DNA of 64,000 bases from Malacoraja senta (Eukaryota), in NCBI GenBank assembly GCA_038087875.1, contig CM075993.1, positions 12,216,001-12,280,000 on the forward strand, read 5' to 3'. This document shows positions 1 through 15,175 of this stretch, in pieces. The notes beneath the pieces are model-generated. The model was given only the letters and a program-made list of their open reading frames with translations. It made no database searches and was not told the origin of the DNA. How positions within the stretch are numbered: position 1 is the first letter of the stretch; each line of letters begins with the position of its first letter. Made by a program: the position numbers and the translations under genes.

Positions 1-254
1 ATGGATATGACATGTTGAGAGGTCTATGGGCCAAATGCAGGCAGATGGGACTAGTGTAGATGGGACATGTTGGCCGTCATGGGGATGTTGGGCCTGTTTC
101 CACACTGTATGAGTCAGTGACACCCTAGGGCACTCTGGGGCCAGTCCTGTACCCACAACCGCCTAACTCAGTGGGCTCGTCACCACTGTCATGGCTAACA
201 CCATTAGTTCTCCCATGATGCTTGCCATCCAGTCAATCCACAACCTAACACGAG

Positions 255-625
255 AGGCGACACGGTGGTGCAGTGTTAGAGTTGCTGCCTTACAGCACCG
301 GAGACCTGGGTTCGATCCTGACTATGGGAGCTCTTTGCACAGAGTTTGAACATTCTCCCCGTGACCACCTGGGTTTTCTCTGGGTTCTCCGGTTTCCTCC
401 CACATTCCAACGATTTACAGGTTTGTCGGTTATTTATCTTCTGTAAATGTGGGCGGAGCACCAAGGCAAATTCCTTGTATGTGAATACCTGGCCAATAAA
501 CGTACTTACTTACTTGTCCCTAGAGTGTAGGATAGAACAAATGTACGGAGTGATCGATGATTGGAGCGGACTTGGTGGGCCAGAGGGCCTGTTTCCACAC
601 TGTATCTCCAAAGAAATTTAAACTT
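255..625 (+). mobile_element. HE1-type tRNA-derived V-SINE
   Basis: tRNA-like head (GGTTCGATCC B box), V-domain CCGGTTTCCTCCCAC, tail GGGCCTGTTTCC..CTGTATCTC. Confidence 0.8.
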
Positions 626-1048
626 CAACTAAACATTTGGCAGTCAGAGGTGTCTAGCACAGAAACAGGCCCTTCAGCCCAATTAGTTGATACTGCCCAA
701 AATTGTGAGATTGAGACAAGTTTGTGATCGAATGAAAGCTCCAAGCGATCAAATGTATTCATAATGCTTCCTTTGTGCCAGAAGTCTCCCAATCTCCTAC
801 CCCCGCCCCCCCTCACCCTGCGACAAGTCATACACTCTTTATCACCACCTGTTCACCACAGAAGGTCAGAATCTTGTCCCCAGCTGACATTTTCTGACAA
901 CTGCACCTGACATAAGCCAGTGGAGACACAAGGAACTGCAGGCTCTGGAACCTTGAACAAAACACAAAGTGCTGGAGGAACTGTGCGGGTCTGGCAGCAT
1001 CTGTGGAGGAAATGGACAGACGACGTTTCGGGTCTGGACCCTTCTTCA

Positions 1049-1248
1049 NNNNNNNNNNNNNNNNNNNNNNNNNNNNNNNNNNNNNNNNNNNNNNNNNNNN
1101 NNNNNNNNNNNNNNNNNNNNNNNNNNNNNNNNNNNNNNNNNNNNNNNNNNNNNNNNNNNNNNNNNNNNNNNNNNNNNNNNNNNNNNNNNNNNNNNNNNNN
1201 NNNNNNNNNNNNNNNNNNNNNNNNNNNNNNNNNNNNNNNNNNNNNNNN
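1049..1248. other. Assembly gap (200 N)
   Basis: Run of exactly 200 N, probably a fixed-size scaffold spacer. Confidence 0.98.
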
Positions 1249-3647
1249 GGCTTGGCAGTGTCGATGCCGCAGTGTGGAATCGAGGAGAATGTGTTAATAC
1301 GGGGAACAAATGGCTACACAATTCTCCACAAGGTGATTCTACTTCACTGAGCCAGTCAGTCGCCTGGAGGTGCGGGCTGTGTGACGGCCCAGGCCGGGGA
1401 AGGGGAAGGAGGCGGGGGTGTGTACCCGGGTTCAGGATGCAGCCTGACCTTGCTCCAAGGACACTCGCTCACTTTAATCATTGGTGAATCTTTAAAAAAA
1501 AATCAAGCGAATCCAAAGCTAAATTGTTTCTTATCGCTACACGATAGTGCCGTGGTTGATCCTGTCCTGTCCTGCCCCTCCCACCTCTTGTCTCCCAGCT
1601 TGCTCTCTCCACCACCACCCCCCAATCAGTCTGAAGAAGGGTCCCAACCCGAAATGTGCCTATCCCGAAATGTTTCCCCCAGAGATGCTGCCTGACCAGC
1701 GGAGTTACTCCAGAACTCTGTGTGTGTGTGTGTGTGTTGAAGCTAACTGGTTGCCTGCTGAATGTTGAGGCCAGGTTTTCATGTCATCCACGTTTCCCCT
1801 GACGAAGGTGATTTAGTGACCCCCTGCTCTGGGGCCTATCCCACCTGACCCACTGCCCGACACATCTCCCTGTCATCTCTTCTCTCTAGATGTCCTTCTG
1901 CAGCTTTGACCTAAGCAGAATGTTACAAAGTCGTACATGACTTCTTGCCCTAGTATTCTGTGCCCCGGCTGAGGGTAGGTATCCCATACTGCCTTGGCCA
2001 CGTGTCTACTTGCCCTTGTGAAATCTCTTCTCCTTGTGGCGGGTCCTTTGATCCTCCCTTCCCATGAGTTGGTTTCGTACAATCATTAATGTTTATAGCT
2101 CTTTCTCAAAATAAAGTCTATAGGTCACCAAAGTAAAATGATGGTTATCGGTTCGGCTTGAAGGATTAGCTTCCTGACAGCGCCCATTCTCTTTATCAAT
2201 TTGGCAAGAGCTTAGAGGAAATGGCAGATGCTTCATCAACAGAACTCTGCTCACACTCTCCTGCTTTTATAATGCAGCATTATTAAGGCTTAAGAATCCA
2301 GAGAGAAGGAAACTGAGAGTATTGTTTAAATATGAAGAATTGAACCATGCAGCCAGGAAACTGACCCTTTGGCCCACCTACCCCTTGTCGACCATCATAT
2401 TGCTATCAATACAATGGCAGTTTTCAAATACTCAGCCTATAGTCTCTGCACTTCAAGCATTCATCCAAATACTTCAAAGTTGTGAGGCCCATTTCCCTCA
2501 CCTATTCCAGATTTCAATAATCTTCTGGTGAAAAAACACTTCTTCCCCCCCCCCCAACCCCCCCCCCCCCCCCCGCAGTCTCCCACCTAGTGCCATAAAC
2601 CTATTTGTTTAAAGACACCTCTGCCTCTGCTGATAATGTTTCTCACTATCTGTCCCCTCAGTATTTTGGCCTGCCAATATTTTGTCTCCTCATTCTGCCC
2701 CCACCTCCCCTCGGCTTTCTCTGCTCCAAAAGAAACAAGCTCTCCTCATAGCTGAAAGCCTCTGCCCAGGTGACATCCTGGTGAATCTCCTCTACACACC
2801 CTCCAATACAATGGCATCCATCCTATAGTGTGGTGACCAGACCAGAGTGGGGGACTCCAACAGTGATCTAACTAATGGATGATACGGTTGTACCATATCA
2901 TAGAAACATGGAACATAGGTGTAGGAGTCGGCCGTTCGGCCCTTCGATATGACCATGGCTGATCATCCAAAATCAGTACCCCGTTCTGGCTTTTTCCTCA
3001 TATCCCTTGATTCCCTCAGCCCTAAGAGCAAAATCTAACTCTCTCTTGAATCCTCCCTGTACTGATGGGGACACAAGAGACTGTAGTTGGGACCCTTCTT
3101 GGAGGACAAGGATAGGTAACATTTCAGGTTGGGATCTTTCTTCAGTCTGAAGAAGGGTTCCAACCTGAAACATCACTCATCCATGTTCTCCAGTGATGAT
3201 GCCTGGCCCGCTGAGTTACTCCAGCACTCCCTCAACTTATGTTCTGTGCCCAGGCAAATGAAGGCTATTATCCCAACCACACAGTTGAGAAGTAAGGTCT
3301 CAGACCTGGAACGTTAGCTGTGTTTCTCCCTCCACGAACGCTGCCTGACTTGCTGAGTGTTTGCAGCAGTTTCTGATTTCATTTCAGATTTCCGGCACCT
3401 GGAAATTATTTTAGATTTTCATCTATTTATGCCTCCCTAACCACTGTATCGACCAATGCTGTCACCCACACTTGTGCATCAGCATCCCTCACTTCCTGCC
3501 TCTATTGCAGGATCCTGCTCTGCAGTGTGTATATCCTGGCCATGTTCATCTGCCCAAAATGCATCATCTCACATTTCTCCATCCGTCTTGTAAAGCAAAT
3601 GATCAATATTTTTCTGTAGCTGACGACTCTCTTCCTCACTATCAATT

Positions 3648-3958
3648 TGGGTGGCAGGGTGACGCAGCGGTACAGCTGCTGCCTTACAGCACCAGAGACC
3701 CGGGTTTGATCCTGACTATGGGTACTGTCTGTGCGGAGTTTCTACATTCTCCCTGTGACCGCGTGGGTTTTCTCCGGGTGCTCCGGTTTCCTCCCATACT
3801 CCGAAGACGTACAGGTTTGTTGGCAAATGGTTTCTGTAAAGATTGTAAATTGTCCTTAGTTGTGTAAGATAGCGTTAGTGTATGGGAATTGCTGGTTGGC
3901 GCTGACTCGGTGGGCTGAAGGGCTTGTTTCCACGCTGTATCTCTCAATTAAACTAAAC
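3648..3958 (+). mobile_element. HE1-type V-SINE
   Basis: Same three-part structure, (TAAAC)n tail. Confidence 0.85.
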
Positions 3959-4424
3959 AGAGAATATCTTTGGCAGCATCTGTTGACAGTGAAATGGAAA
4001 TAATGGTTTGGGTCGACGATGCCTTGCCAGATCTCGTCACCTACCTGTAAAGTTAACTATTCCCCTCTCCCCACAGGTGTGGTGATGTGTTTCTCCAGCT
4101 TTGGCAGGAATGGTGTCTTCAGCCTGAGTTTCCTTAACCTGTAATATATCATCACAGCGGTGCGGAGTTAGGGGAATCTGTCAGTGGGAACCGAGCTGGA
4201 GCTTGTGACGGGACCATTGGCCATGTGGATTAGAACTGAAACCTGCCCACTCTGACCTCGCTGGAAGTGTTTATTGGCTGTTCTGCAATTTGAAGGAATT
4301 AATAGTAATATGTTTAAGGAGCCAAAATTGGAACTGGAGATTTCAGGGAATTCTGGAGACAGTGGAATGCTGTCCTGCTGGGAGAGGTTGGAAAGAATGT
4401 CGTTGTTGCATTGAGGGGGAAGCA

Positions 4425-4524
4425 GGAAAAGACGCAAATGAGGATTTGCATACGGGAGCAGGTGAATAAAAGGGAAAAGACACAAATGAGGATTTGCATA
4501 CGGGAGCAGGTGAATAAAAGGGAA
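4425..4524. repeat. 48-bp tandem duplication containing an octamer (ATTTGCAT) and an E-box (CAGGTG)
   Basis: Units 4425-4472 and 4473-4520 differ at one base. Confidence 0.9.
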
Positions 4525-5108
4525 GGTGTGTGTGTGGCATCAACTGCAGCAGTGACTGACGATAAAACACCTTATTTGTAAATCATATGTAAATAGATGA
4601 AAGGTTAGGAGCTTTGAAAGTCCCTGCTTCCGAACTGCTTTGCAACTGGGACCAAAAAGGTGCAAAGTTGAATCATTGAAGATTCGAGAGTGTTTTATTG
4701 TCATATGTCGCAAACAGAACAATGAAATTCTTACTTGCAGAAGCACAACAGATAGTATTGCTGTACAAACATAGTACTGCTGTACAAACTGTAACAGTGT
4801 TCACTTCACAGTTCACATTCTGGTAAAGTGTTTCTGTGTAAAACAAGTCAAATGCCATCAGAAGGTCAGTGCCTCCATTTTGAAGAATGGGTACAATTGG
4901 GGGGAGGGGGGAGGTTTAAATTTAGTGTAGTATATTGTCACGTGTACCGAGGTACAGTGAAAAGCTTTTGTTGTGTACTAACCAGTCAGCGCAAAGACAA
5001 TACACGATTACAATCGAGCCATTCACAGTGTACCTTGTAGTGCTTGCAGCGCAGTTTATCCTCCGTGGGGCTCAGGGTTAGTTACTTTAGTTTTATCCCC
5101 ACTCCTAG

Positions 5109-5405
<297 letters not shown>

Positions 5406-5545
5406 TAAGATTTTGCTGAATAGGGGCACCTGCTGGCTCAGCCATCCGGTCGGTCCCGGGCTTAGTGTTTAATGCTGGGTTCAGAGAGTCATTGAATGAC
5501 ATGCAGGCTCTTTGGCCCAACACGTCCATGCCAACCAAGGTAGAT

Positions 5546-6175
5546 ACATAGAAAATAGGTGCAGGAGTAGGCCATTCGGCCCTTCGAGCCTGCACCGCCA
5601 TTCAATATGATCATGGCTGATCATCCAACTCAGTATCCCGTACCTGCCTTCTCTCCATACCCCCTGATCCCCTTTAGCCACAAGGGCCACATCTAACTCC
5701 CTCTTAAATATAGCCAATGAACTGGCCTCAACTACCCTCTGTGGCAGAGAGTTCCAGAGATTCACCACTCTCTGTGTGAAAAAGTTTTTTCTCATCTCGG
5801 TCTTAAAGGATTTCCCCCTTATCCTTAAGCTGTGACCCTTTGGCCTGGACTTCCCCAACATCGGGAACAATCTTCCTGCATCTAGCCTGTCCAACCCCAT
5901 AAGAATTTTGTAAGTTTCTATAAGATCCCCTCTCAATCTCCTAAATTCTAGCGAGTATAAGCCATGTCTATCCAGTCTTTCTTCATATGAAAGTCCTGAC
6001 ATCCCAGGAATCAGTCTGGTGAACCTTCTCTGTACTCCCTCTATGGCTATAATGTCCTTCCTCAGCTTTGGAGACCAAAACTGTACGCAATACTCCAGGT
6101 GTGGTCTCACCAAGACCCTGTACAACTGCAGTAGAACCTCCCTGCTCCTATACTCAAATCCTTTTGCTATGAAGG
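5546..6175 (-). mobile_element. CR1 LINE, 5'-truncated (RT C-terminus and 3'UTR)
   Basis: LVRPHLEYCVQFWSP...RRLRGDLI...WNSLP; CTATGT-type tail. Confidence 0.93.
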
Positions 6176-7709
6176 TGCCCCCTACAAGCTCGTCCTATTG
6201 CAGCCGCTTCCCACATTCCTCTAAACCTTTCCAGCCAAGAACCTCCATTTGGTTGTCGTAAAATGTTTTTATTGTACCTGCCTCAACGACCTCCTCTATA
6301 CACCCACCCACATTCCATACACCCACCACTCTCTGTGATAAGGTTGTCCCTCCTGTGAGAGTTTGTTTTGCCTCTATTTAGCCATACTTTTTAATTGACA
6401 TAAAGGCATGAAAATTTGAATTTATGTTGGGCCTTTTGAGTCAAGGTTTGGCTCCTTGCAGGTTGTTGCTGTTTCTACACTAATGACTGATCTGGTGGCT
6501 GGGTGGTGACCAGGGCTTGGTCCTCGACACTGTTCCAAATGCACGAGGCTCCTGTTTGGATTGTCGGTAGAGTGGGAAATCTGACACCAGCTCCCTGCCA
6601 CTGCAAGAGGGCATTGTCAAATTTCCCCTTTTCCATTTGCATTATCCAAATGAAAGCGGTGCGGTGTGGGATATATACCGTGTTCTGTGCTGGGGCTGTA
6701 GCTGACTGCTCTCCACCCCACACCTTCCCATCCCTCCCCAATTCTGCCAGCTCATCAGTGGCTGCTCCTGTCAATCGCCCAGTCATCGGAAATTTACAAC
6801 ACAGGAGGAGGCCATTCGGCGCATTGTGTCCAGACCAGCTGAAACACAGCTCCCTTGGCTAATAGCACCTTCCAGCACCTTTTATAGTTCTCCAGATCAC
6901 AGCCCCTGAGAGGGTCAGTGGTATAGTGGACAGGGAAGAAGGGCGTCGAAGTTGAATAGGGTAGGTTCTGGGCCAAACACGGGCAAATGGGATGAGCACC
7001 TTCGTTGTCATGAACTAGCTGGGGGAAAGGGCCTGTTTCCGTGCTGTATTACTGACTCTATGGATCGACATGAACATGGGGAATGACAGATGGAATTTAA
7101 TTTCTACAAGTGTAATGTGGTGGACTTCAGTAATATAAACGAGGGCAGGTCACGCAGTGTAATTGCCAGCCCCCAGAGTGTTGTCGAACAGTGTCCAAGT
7201 GTACAGCTGCATAGTTCCCTGAAAATGGTGACACAGGGTGGTGAAAGGTGTTTGGCATGCTTGGCTTCATTGGTCAGGGTATTGAGTATAGCATTTGGGA
7301 CATGATGTTGTAACTGTATGTTGTTTATGAGAGCAGTTGTACTGTGTGCAGTCCTGGTTGCATAGCTATGGGAAGGATGGCATTAAGCTGGGAAGATTGC
7401 AGAAAGGATTCCCAAGGGAATGAAGGGCTTGAGCTAAAAGGAGAGGCTGAGGCCTTTTTACTCTGGAGTGTAGAAGGGATGACATTGTAGAGGTGTATGA
7501 AATCATGAGGGGCATGGATAGGGTGGATGGTCGCAGTCTTTTCCAGATTAGCAGAGACTAGAATTACAGAACACAGATTTAAGGTGAGAGGGGAAGGATT
7601 TAAAGGAACTGGGGACAATTTGTTTGCACAGAGGGCAGTACGTTTATGGAACAAGATGCCAGTTGAAGCAGTAGAGGAGAGTATTGTTGCAGTCCTTAAG
7701 AATTTGGGC

Positions 7710-8520
7710 AATAGACAATAGACAATAGGTGCAGGAGTAGGCCATTTAATGTGATCATGGCTGATCATCCCCGTTTCTGCCTTCTCCCCATATCCCCTGA
7801 CTCCGCTATTTTTAAGAGCCCTATCTAGCTATCTCTTGAAAGCATCCAGAGAACCTGCCTCCACCGCCCTCTGAGGCAGAGAATTCCACAGACTCACCTC
7901 TCTCTGTGATAAAAAGTGTTTCCTCGTCTCCGTTCTAAATGGCTTACTCCTTATTCTTAAACTGTGGCCCCTGGTTCTGGACTCCCCCAACATCGGGCAC
8001 ATGTTTCCTGCCTCCAGCGTGTCCAAACCCATAACAATCTTATATGTTTCAATGAGATATCCTCTCATCCTTCTAAACTCCAGAGTGTACAAGCCCAGCC
8101 GCTCCATTCTCTCAGCATATGACAATCCCGCCATCCCGGGAATTAACCTTGTAAACCTACGCTGCACTCCCTCAATAGCAAGAATGTACTTCCTCAAATT
8201 AGGGGACCAAAACTGCACACAATACTCCAGGTGTGGTCTCACTAGAGCTCTGTACAACTGCAGAAGGACCTCTTTGCTCCTATATTCGATTCCTCTTGTT
8301 ATAAAGGCCAACATGCCATTCGCTTTCTTCACTGCCTGCTGTACCTGCATGCTTACTTTCATAGACTGATATACAAGGACCCCCAGATCCCGTTGTACTT
8401 CCCCTTTTCCCAACTTGACGCCATTTAGACAGTAATCTGCCTTCCTGTTTTTGCTACCAAAGTGGATAACCTCACATTTATCCGCATTAAACTTCATCTG
8501 CCATGCATCTGCCCACTCCG
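7710..8520 (-). mobile_element. CR1 LINE 3' fragment nested in an older + strand CR1 (about 7080-8655)
   Basis: ORF 7829-8497 has CR1 RT C-terminal motifs; (CTATTGT)n tail; both flanks are degenerate + strand CR1. Confidence 0.9.
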
Positions 8521-8800
8521 CAAGAGCATGTATAGAAAAGGTTTAGAGGGATAGGGGCAAACGCAGGCAAGTGGGAATGGTTCGGATAGTAATGTTGGTC
8601 AGCATGGACAGGTTGGGCTGAAGGGACTGTTTCCATACTGAATAACTCTGTGACAGTCTCTCCTCATGTCTGAAGTATTCAATCCCAGACAGCATCATCT
8701 TCTACACATGAACAATGTACACACTATCACATTTTTCTACAGTGGTGACCAGAACCTCCTGCAGTATTTCACCTACGTCCTAACCAGTGTTACATTGAGT

Positions 8801-9005
8801 AGAAACAAGGAACTGCAGATGCTTGGTTACAAAATAGACATAAAGTGCTGGAGTAACTCAGTGGGGCAGGCTGCATCTTTGGAGAATATAGATAGACAAC
8901 CTTTCGGGTTGGGACACTTCTCAGTTACTCAGTTTCTGACTTGCTGAGTTACTCCAGCATTTTGTGTCTATTTTTGTAATCCAGCATCTGCAGTTCTTTG
9001 TTGCA
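8801..9005. repeat. Fold-back element made of two inverted Penelope terminal-repeat pieces
   Basis: GGAACTGCAGATGCT...GCTGGAGTAACTCAG at left, its reverse complement at right. Confidence 0.75.
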
Positions 9006-9512
9006 ACAAGAGAAAATCCATTGTTCCCTTATTTATAAATGGATAGATATAATCCATATAAATAGATTGGGAGCTATAAATGGATAGGATAGGTTTGGAG
9101 GGATATGTGCCAAATGCAGGCAGGTGGGACTAATGTACATGGGCCATGTTGGTTGGCAAGGGGAAGTTGGGCTGAAGGGCCTGGTTCCACGCTGTGTGAC
9201 TATAAAGAGGAGGTCGATCAGGCAGTATTTGGTACTATCAATGGTTCTGTGATTTTTGTTGAGGGGGGGCAGGAATGTGAAGTTAGATGTCACACAACAC
9301 TGGTGCTGACAAGGCCTGTTGAGACTGATTGACCAGGGGTGGGGACTGCTGACTTCTGACCCAGGTGCCAGCCCAGGAAGGCACAGCTTGAACCTCTGGC
9401 ATCAGGGTGGGGTGGCATTTGCACATTGTTGCCCCCTGGGAACAAAATGAAAATGCTGGCGACCACACCAAAAGTGTTGGTGGGATTCCTTCCCTTCCCA
9501 ATCCCACCCTGA

Positions 9513-10405
<893 letters not shown>

Positions 10406-10464
10406 AAAGACCAGGTCAATGCGGTGTGTCTCAAACAGTGTTGACTCTCATGCTTCCCCGTCAG

Positions 10465-10535
10465 GTTGCACGTAAACTGGTCATCATTGAGAGCGACTTG
10501 GAGAGGACTGAGGAACGAGCTGAGCTGTCTGAATC
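10465..10535 (+). CDS. tpm1: Tropomyosin exon 5 (VARKLVIIESDLERTEERAELSES)
   Basis: ccgtcag|GTT ... TC|gtatgt; 71 bp. Confidence 0.96.
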
Positions 10536-10931
10536 GTATGTATACCGTCTCCTTTTGTGCAATGTCAGTGGCCGCCGCTCATTAAATCCTGCTTGGACAC
10601 AAAGTGCTAAAACATCCTGAAAAATTAAGTCTTTGGGTACAATGAGTGGTAATTGCAGCCTTCCCTTTGTTTGAGATGATGGATGAGAATAATTTTTCAC
10701 ATCTCTGCTCAACTTGTCGATCCAAAAAAATCATCAGTAGAAAACGTGACCTCATCCAGCAATGTGAACCAAGCCCTGTACTCAAAGATTTAAAGCACCA
10801 ATGAAGCTTGTTCAGATGTTAAATGTCTTGGCCGTGTACTGTTTGGGGTTTTAACCTGTTATCTCTTCTTCACTGCATGTTTTCATTGCACACTGTTTGT
10901 GGCCATGTGCATTTCTCATGATCTCTCATAG

Positions 10932-11007
10932 TCGTGCTCGCCGGGTGGACGAGGAGGTTAGAATAATGGACCAAACCTTGAAATCATTAGTGGCAGCAGA
11001 AAGCAAG
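10932..11007 (+). CDS. tpm1: Tropomyosin mutually exclusive exon 6a (RARRVDEEVRIMDQTLKSLVAAESK)
   Basis: ctcatag|T ... AAG|gtactg; 76 bp; RIMDQTLK motif of TPM1 6a. Confidence 0.93.
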
Positions 11008-12133
11008 GTACTGAAACTAATACTGTCTGCACTGGCTCACATCCCAATGTGCTCTTGTACAATGACACACACTCGGGTGGGGTGGGGAGGAGGGGGGTGC
11101 TTTGTGTGAAATCGATGCTGCCTTTGTGCTCAGGAAGGATTTGCTGACTTGCTTCTTTCTGCTGCCTTTTCTACACTCTGCAATCTGTTGGTACTGGGTT
11201 TCCAGTCTTGATGTGTTATTTCCTCCAGGGACCTAAAAGCAATTGCCGTTTTGAAAGAGAAATTGCTGGCCTATTTTCCAAAGACATGAGGAATTCTTGT
11301 CGATATTTCCTATTTTCCTGGCCCAAAGGGAAGATAAGAAATGGGAGCAGGTGTCGACTAATTGGCCTCACGATCCTGCTCTCTCAATCAATGGCTGATC
11401 CAATCTTGGCCTCAACACTACTTTCCTGCTCTCTCCCCAAACTTCTCCACTCCCTCCTAGTTTAAATATCCATCACCTGTGCCCAGAATATTTGATGACT
11501 GCCTCCACTGCTCTCTGGGGTAGAGAATTTCAAAGATTCGTGACCTGAGAAAATACACTCTTCATCTTTGCCTGCAGTGGACATCCACTTGCAGATCCCA
11601 CACTAGGAGTAAAATCTCTCGGCATCCATTCAGGCAATCCCATTCTGAGCATGTTTCAATAAGATCACCCCACAGTTTTCTAACCTCCAGCTTGCTCAAC
11701 CTTTCTTCTCGAGTCAACTCCCCTTCTCCCAGGAATCAACCTCCTCTATTCCAGAACTGTGGAGTACACAAGTGTTTGTGGTAGAGCAGGTGTGATCTTG
11801 CCAATGTCCTGTAATGTAGCAATAATCAAGCATTCCTACACTCCATCTCTTGTAGAAGTCCAACCTTCCATTGGTCTTCCCAATGACAAGAAAGTAGTGA
11901 TTGAGCCGAGTTTAAAAATTGGACGACTTCTCGAGGCCCTGCTGCTTTAAGGCGACCTGTTGTGCTCAGTTAGAGCCATTTCATTAAATCTTTTTCTTTC
12001 TTTCTTTCACTCGCTCCCTCTCTTGACCTCCCCCCCCCTTCCTGTTGCTGCTTCCTTCTCCCCCTCTGCATCTCCACCCTTCCTGTTGTTTTTTTATTTT
12101 TGCTTTTCCTTCCCTTTTTCTATTCTGACTTGA

Positions 12134-12238
<105 letters not shown>

Positions 12239-13345
12239 TAGTGTTACCCGTGTGAAGCATCCTAACTTACTGATGGGTTTAGTGCTGCACTGCGGCTCAG
12301 TTCGTGGAGCTGCTGCATTACTGCTCCAACAACCTGGATTCAACCTCCGGTGTAGTTTATGTGATGTTCATAAGTGATAGGAGCAGAATGAGGCCATTCG
12401 GCCCATCAAGTGAACTCCACCATTCAATCATGACTGATCTATCCTTCCCTCTCAACCCCATTCTCTTGCCTTCTCTCCATAACCCCATGACACCCGTACA
12501 AATCAAGAATCTATCGATCTCTGCCTTAAAAATATCAATTGACTTGGCCTCGTGTGACAATGAATTCCACCCTTTGACCAAATAAATTCCACCTTATCTC
12601 CTTCCTAAAGGAACGTCCTTTCATTCTGAGGTCCTAGACTCTCCCACCAGTGGAAATATCCTCTCCACATCCATGCTATCCAGGCCTTTCACTATTGACG
12701 TTCTCCCTATGACCATGTGTGTTTCCACCGGGAGCTACGGTTTCCTCCCACATCCCAAAGATGTGCAGGTTTGTCGGTTAATTGACCAATGTAGTGTGTA
12801 GGGAGTGGATGGGAAAGTGGGATAACATAGAACTAGGTGATTGATGGTCAGTGTAGGCCCGGTGGGTCGAAAGGCCCGTTTCCATGTTATAATGACAAAA
12901 GTAAAGTAAATTGTGTAGGTGAATGGTGGACGTCAGATCGTTGATGGGAATGTGGGGAGAATAAAATGGGATTTGTATTGATGGGAGTTCAATGGTTGAG
13001 GCAATCTCGAACATAAGTGCCCATTTCCCTGACTCTCATCTCTCTTGAATACTTCAACTTGGCTAGCACTGTTGTAATTTTTAATTCTTTTAAATGTAGT
13101 CCGATTATTTCTGGCAGCTTTTGGTTCGGGTATTTTCTCACTCGGATTGGAGAAAGGAACTTGCAGGACAGTTCCGACCGATAGTCTTCTCATTGAGGAA
13201 GATAACTCTTGAATAGCATGTCTTCAAAGTAAACATGTTAAGATGCTCCATAGTCAAGAAAACGATTGTAAATAGTAATTCAGATTCCCTAACTACCCGC
13301 ACTGGAATCGCTCTCGATTTGTTTTGGGGTTTGGTGGGCTGGTGA

Positions 13346-13537
<192 letters not shown>

Positions 13538-13558
13538 TAACATGTGCACTCTTGTTGA

Positions 13559-13651
<93 letters not shown>

Positions 13652-13719
13652 TAAAGTCTCACTGTAACGTTCAAGTCTGCCTGTAACCTGTGAGGCGCAG
13701 CTGTTATTTCTTGTAGTCT

Positions 13720-14720
13720 GACTAAGTTGTTGGGGTGTGACTGTAACCTGTTGGGGTGTGACTGTAACCTGTTGAGGTACGATTGTAACTTGTGGAGGTG
13801 GCTGGGCTGGGCTGGGTTGGGCACAGCCGCACTGTTGTGAGTTTTGTGAGGGGAAACATTGGGGGCAGGAGTGTATTTGGCCCATCAGGCTCATGTGCTG
13901 CTCCCTTCTGTGAGCACCGTCCTGTGGTTCTGGGCAGCGAGGGTGGAGTTGGTTAAAATGACCGGCTTTACCTCTGTTAGATTTTCCGCAAGGTGCTGTG
14001 GTAGGTGACGGGCGAGTGGGTGACAGGGGATGGTGAGGGTGGCACTGCGGCTGCTGCAACCTTTAAGGGGTGAAGTTTACGGGGTTGATATCTCGGTTGG
14101 GTTTGGTACGGATCACTAGTTTGCTGGGTGAGGATTCTCATCGGAGTTTGCAGTGTTTTCTAACTGGCTATTTAGGTGGAGGGTATTTGTGAGTGTTTGG
14201 TTGAGATTGGAGGTTTGGGGGGGTGTGTTATCGGAGTTGGAGGGGCTTGTTGGGCGTATGTAGTTTTGGGTTAGAGGGCTTGTCAGACGGGTGGGGGAGG
14301 GAGTGTAGTTTGGGTTAGTGAGTGGGGGCTTTGATTGGGAGTTTGGGTCAGGTATGTTTGGGGCTTCTTTGTGCCCACGGAGAGTGAGTTGGTGGTGGTT
14401 TGAGTCGGGGGTGTTGCTAGTGGGGAGGTTTTGGGTGGAGGTCTGGTGTGGAGGTCTGGTGTGGAGGTTTTGGGTGGAGGTCTGGTGTGTTTGACTCGTG
14501 TTTGCTGGGCGTTTGGGCGAGTCAGGGTCAGGGTCAGGGGTTTTCTGAGGAGGGTGTTTAAGTTGGGAGTCGGTGGTGCTTTAGATCGGGGTTGGTGTGT
14601 GTTGTCTGTGTCTCTGGGTGTTTATGCTGGGGTTGGAGTTTGTTTGGGCCGGGATTGGGAATGTTGGATCTGGGGATTTGCTGGGAAGGGTGTTGAGGTC
14701 GGGATTGGCCATTTTTGTTG
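13720..14720 (+). repeat. G/T-rich low-complexity region of intron 8
   Basis: Strong G+T strand skew, short tandem units (CTGTAACCTGTTGGGGTGTGA, GGAGGTCTGGTGT). Confidence 0.8.
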
Positions 14721-14902
14721 TTTAGAGCAGACAGCTGGGAATAGTTTGCTCCCCGCATGGAATTAATTCTTACTCAGTCAAGCCATTGTTGTTCTGTGTC
14801 TCAATGGGTCCTGGGGTGGTCTTTGTGTTGTTGGGTACCGTTTGTCTGGAAAGGTCTTGTGAGCAATATGTAGAACTCATCAGCTTGACCAGGGGACAGT
14901 AG

Positions 14903-15175
<273 letters not shown>

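Noticed and set aside
255..330. tRNA-like sequences with a GGTTCGATCC B box
   Set aside because: Heads of HE1 SINEs that run on into the V-domain; not tRNA genes
920..1487. ORFs spanning the N run
   Set aside because: Artefacts of translating through the 200-N gap
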